From a bacterium (lineage in GTDB: Bacteria; Patescibacteriota; Minisyncoccia; UBA6257; GWB1-50-10), in contig JAKANQ010000001.1 in assembly GCA_021812365.1 (NCBI GenBank), positions 32,763 to 96,762 of the forward strand: a DNA stretch of 64,000 bases, read 5' to 3'. How positions within the stretch are numbered: position 1 is the first letter of the stretch; each line of letters begins with the position of its first letter. The position numbers and the translations under genes were made by a program. Below are positions 63,979-64,000 of this stretch, piece by piece. The notes beneath the pieces are model-generated. The model saw only the letters and a list, made by a program, of their open reading frames with translations, had not been told where the DNA came from and ran no database searches.

Positions 63979-64000
63979 ATTGTTATGATACCATATATGT

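Overview
This 64 kb window comes from a compact, gene-dense bacterial genome, and most genes are on the minus strand. All calls rest on reading motifs by eye; no search could be run.

**Left edge (1–2.1 kb).** An EmrAB-like pair: the N-terminus of an MFS DHA2-type transporter runs off the window start, preceded by two HlyD-family adaptor ORFs.

**Accessory island (about 2.1–16.5 kb).** This looks like a phage- or integrative-element-derived defence island.
- It is bounded on the right by a minus-strand tRNA-Gln flanked by partial copies of itself.
- A cI/LexA-like S24 repressor heads a minus-strand operon of a DUF2188 protein, two TIR-like (ThsB/DUF1863-type) proteins each followed by a small polytopic membrane protein, and a final membrane protein. 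No ThsA-type SIR2/SLOG/Macro domain is present. I read this as a candidate undescribed Thoeris-like or Rex-like abortive-infection module sitting in a lysogeny operon.
- Divergent from the repressor: a small zinc-ribbon gene, an attenuator-like terminator, a ParB-nuclease–DNA methyltransferase fusion, and terminase small and large subunits.
- Then a membrane protein, a hairpin-rich intergenic region, and a large serine recombinase.
- Then a Type IIS-like restriction-modification pair: a fused gamma-class N6A plus circularly permuted C5 methyltransferase, and a convergent HNH-type endonuclease.

**Core-like remainder (16.7–64 kb).**
- Stand-alone receiver, sensor histidine kinase, solute-binding protein and MFS transporter.
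- A flavinylation cassette: FMN-binding protein, ApbE, and an RnfD-like–FNR fusion.
- An ECF sigma/anti-sigma pair upstream of a MacAB-type efflux operon bracketed by two paralogous small periplasmic proteins.
- DedA; GT4, GT2 and PAP2 envelope genes; peroxiredoxin; Tmk; ABC-F; DEAD-box helicase; ClpP-like protease.
- A second MacAB-like system whose ATPase carries an N-terminal YHS/TRASH-like domain.
- DUF378, RsuA/RluB, Dus, HisS, a 56-aa Cys-rich ORF missing from the track, DoxX, a cupredoxin-like protein, tRNA-Gly, an FtsB-like protein, LepA.
- A polysaccharide cluster (a large anchored protein, two GT4, a priming sugar transferase), then thioredoxin-like, RsmI, L19, RluA, 3D-domain protein, MurA, SOD, TruB, RsmE, glutaredoxin-like.

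No rRNA or CRISPR array was seen. Several -10 boxes sit directly upstream of start codons, which suggests leaderless mRNAs.
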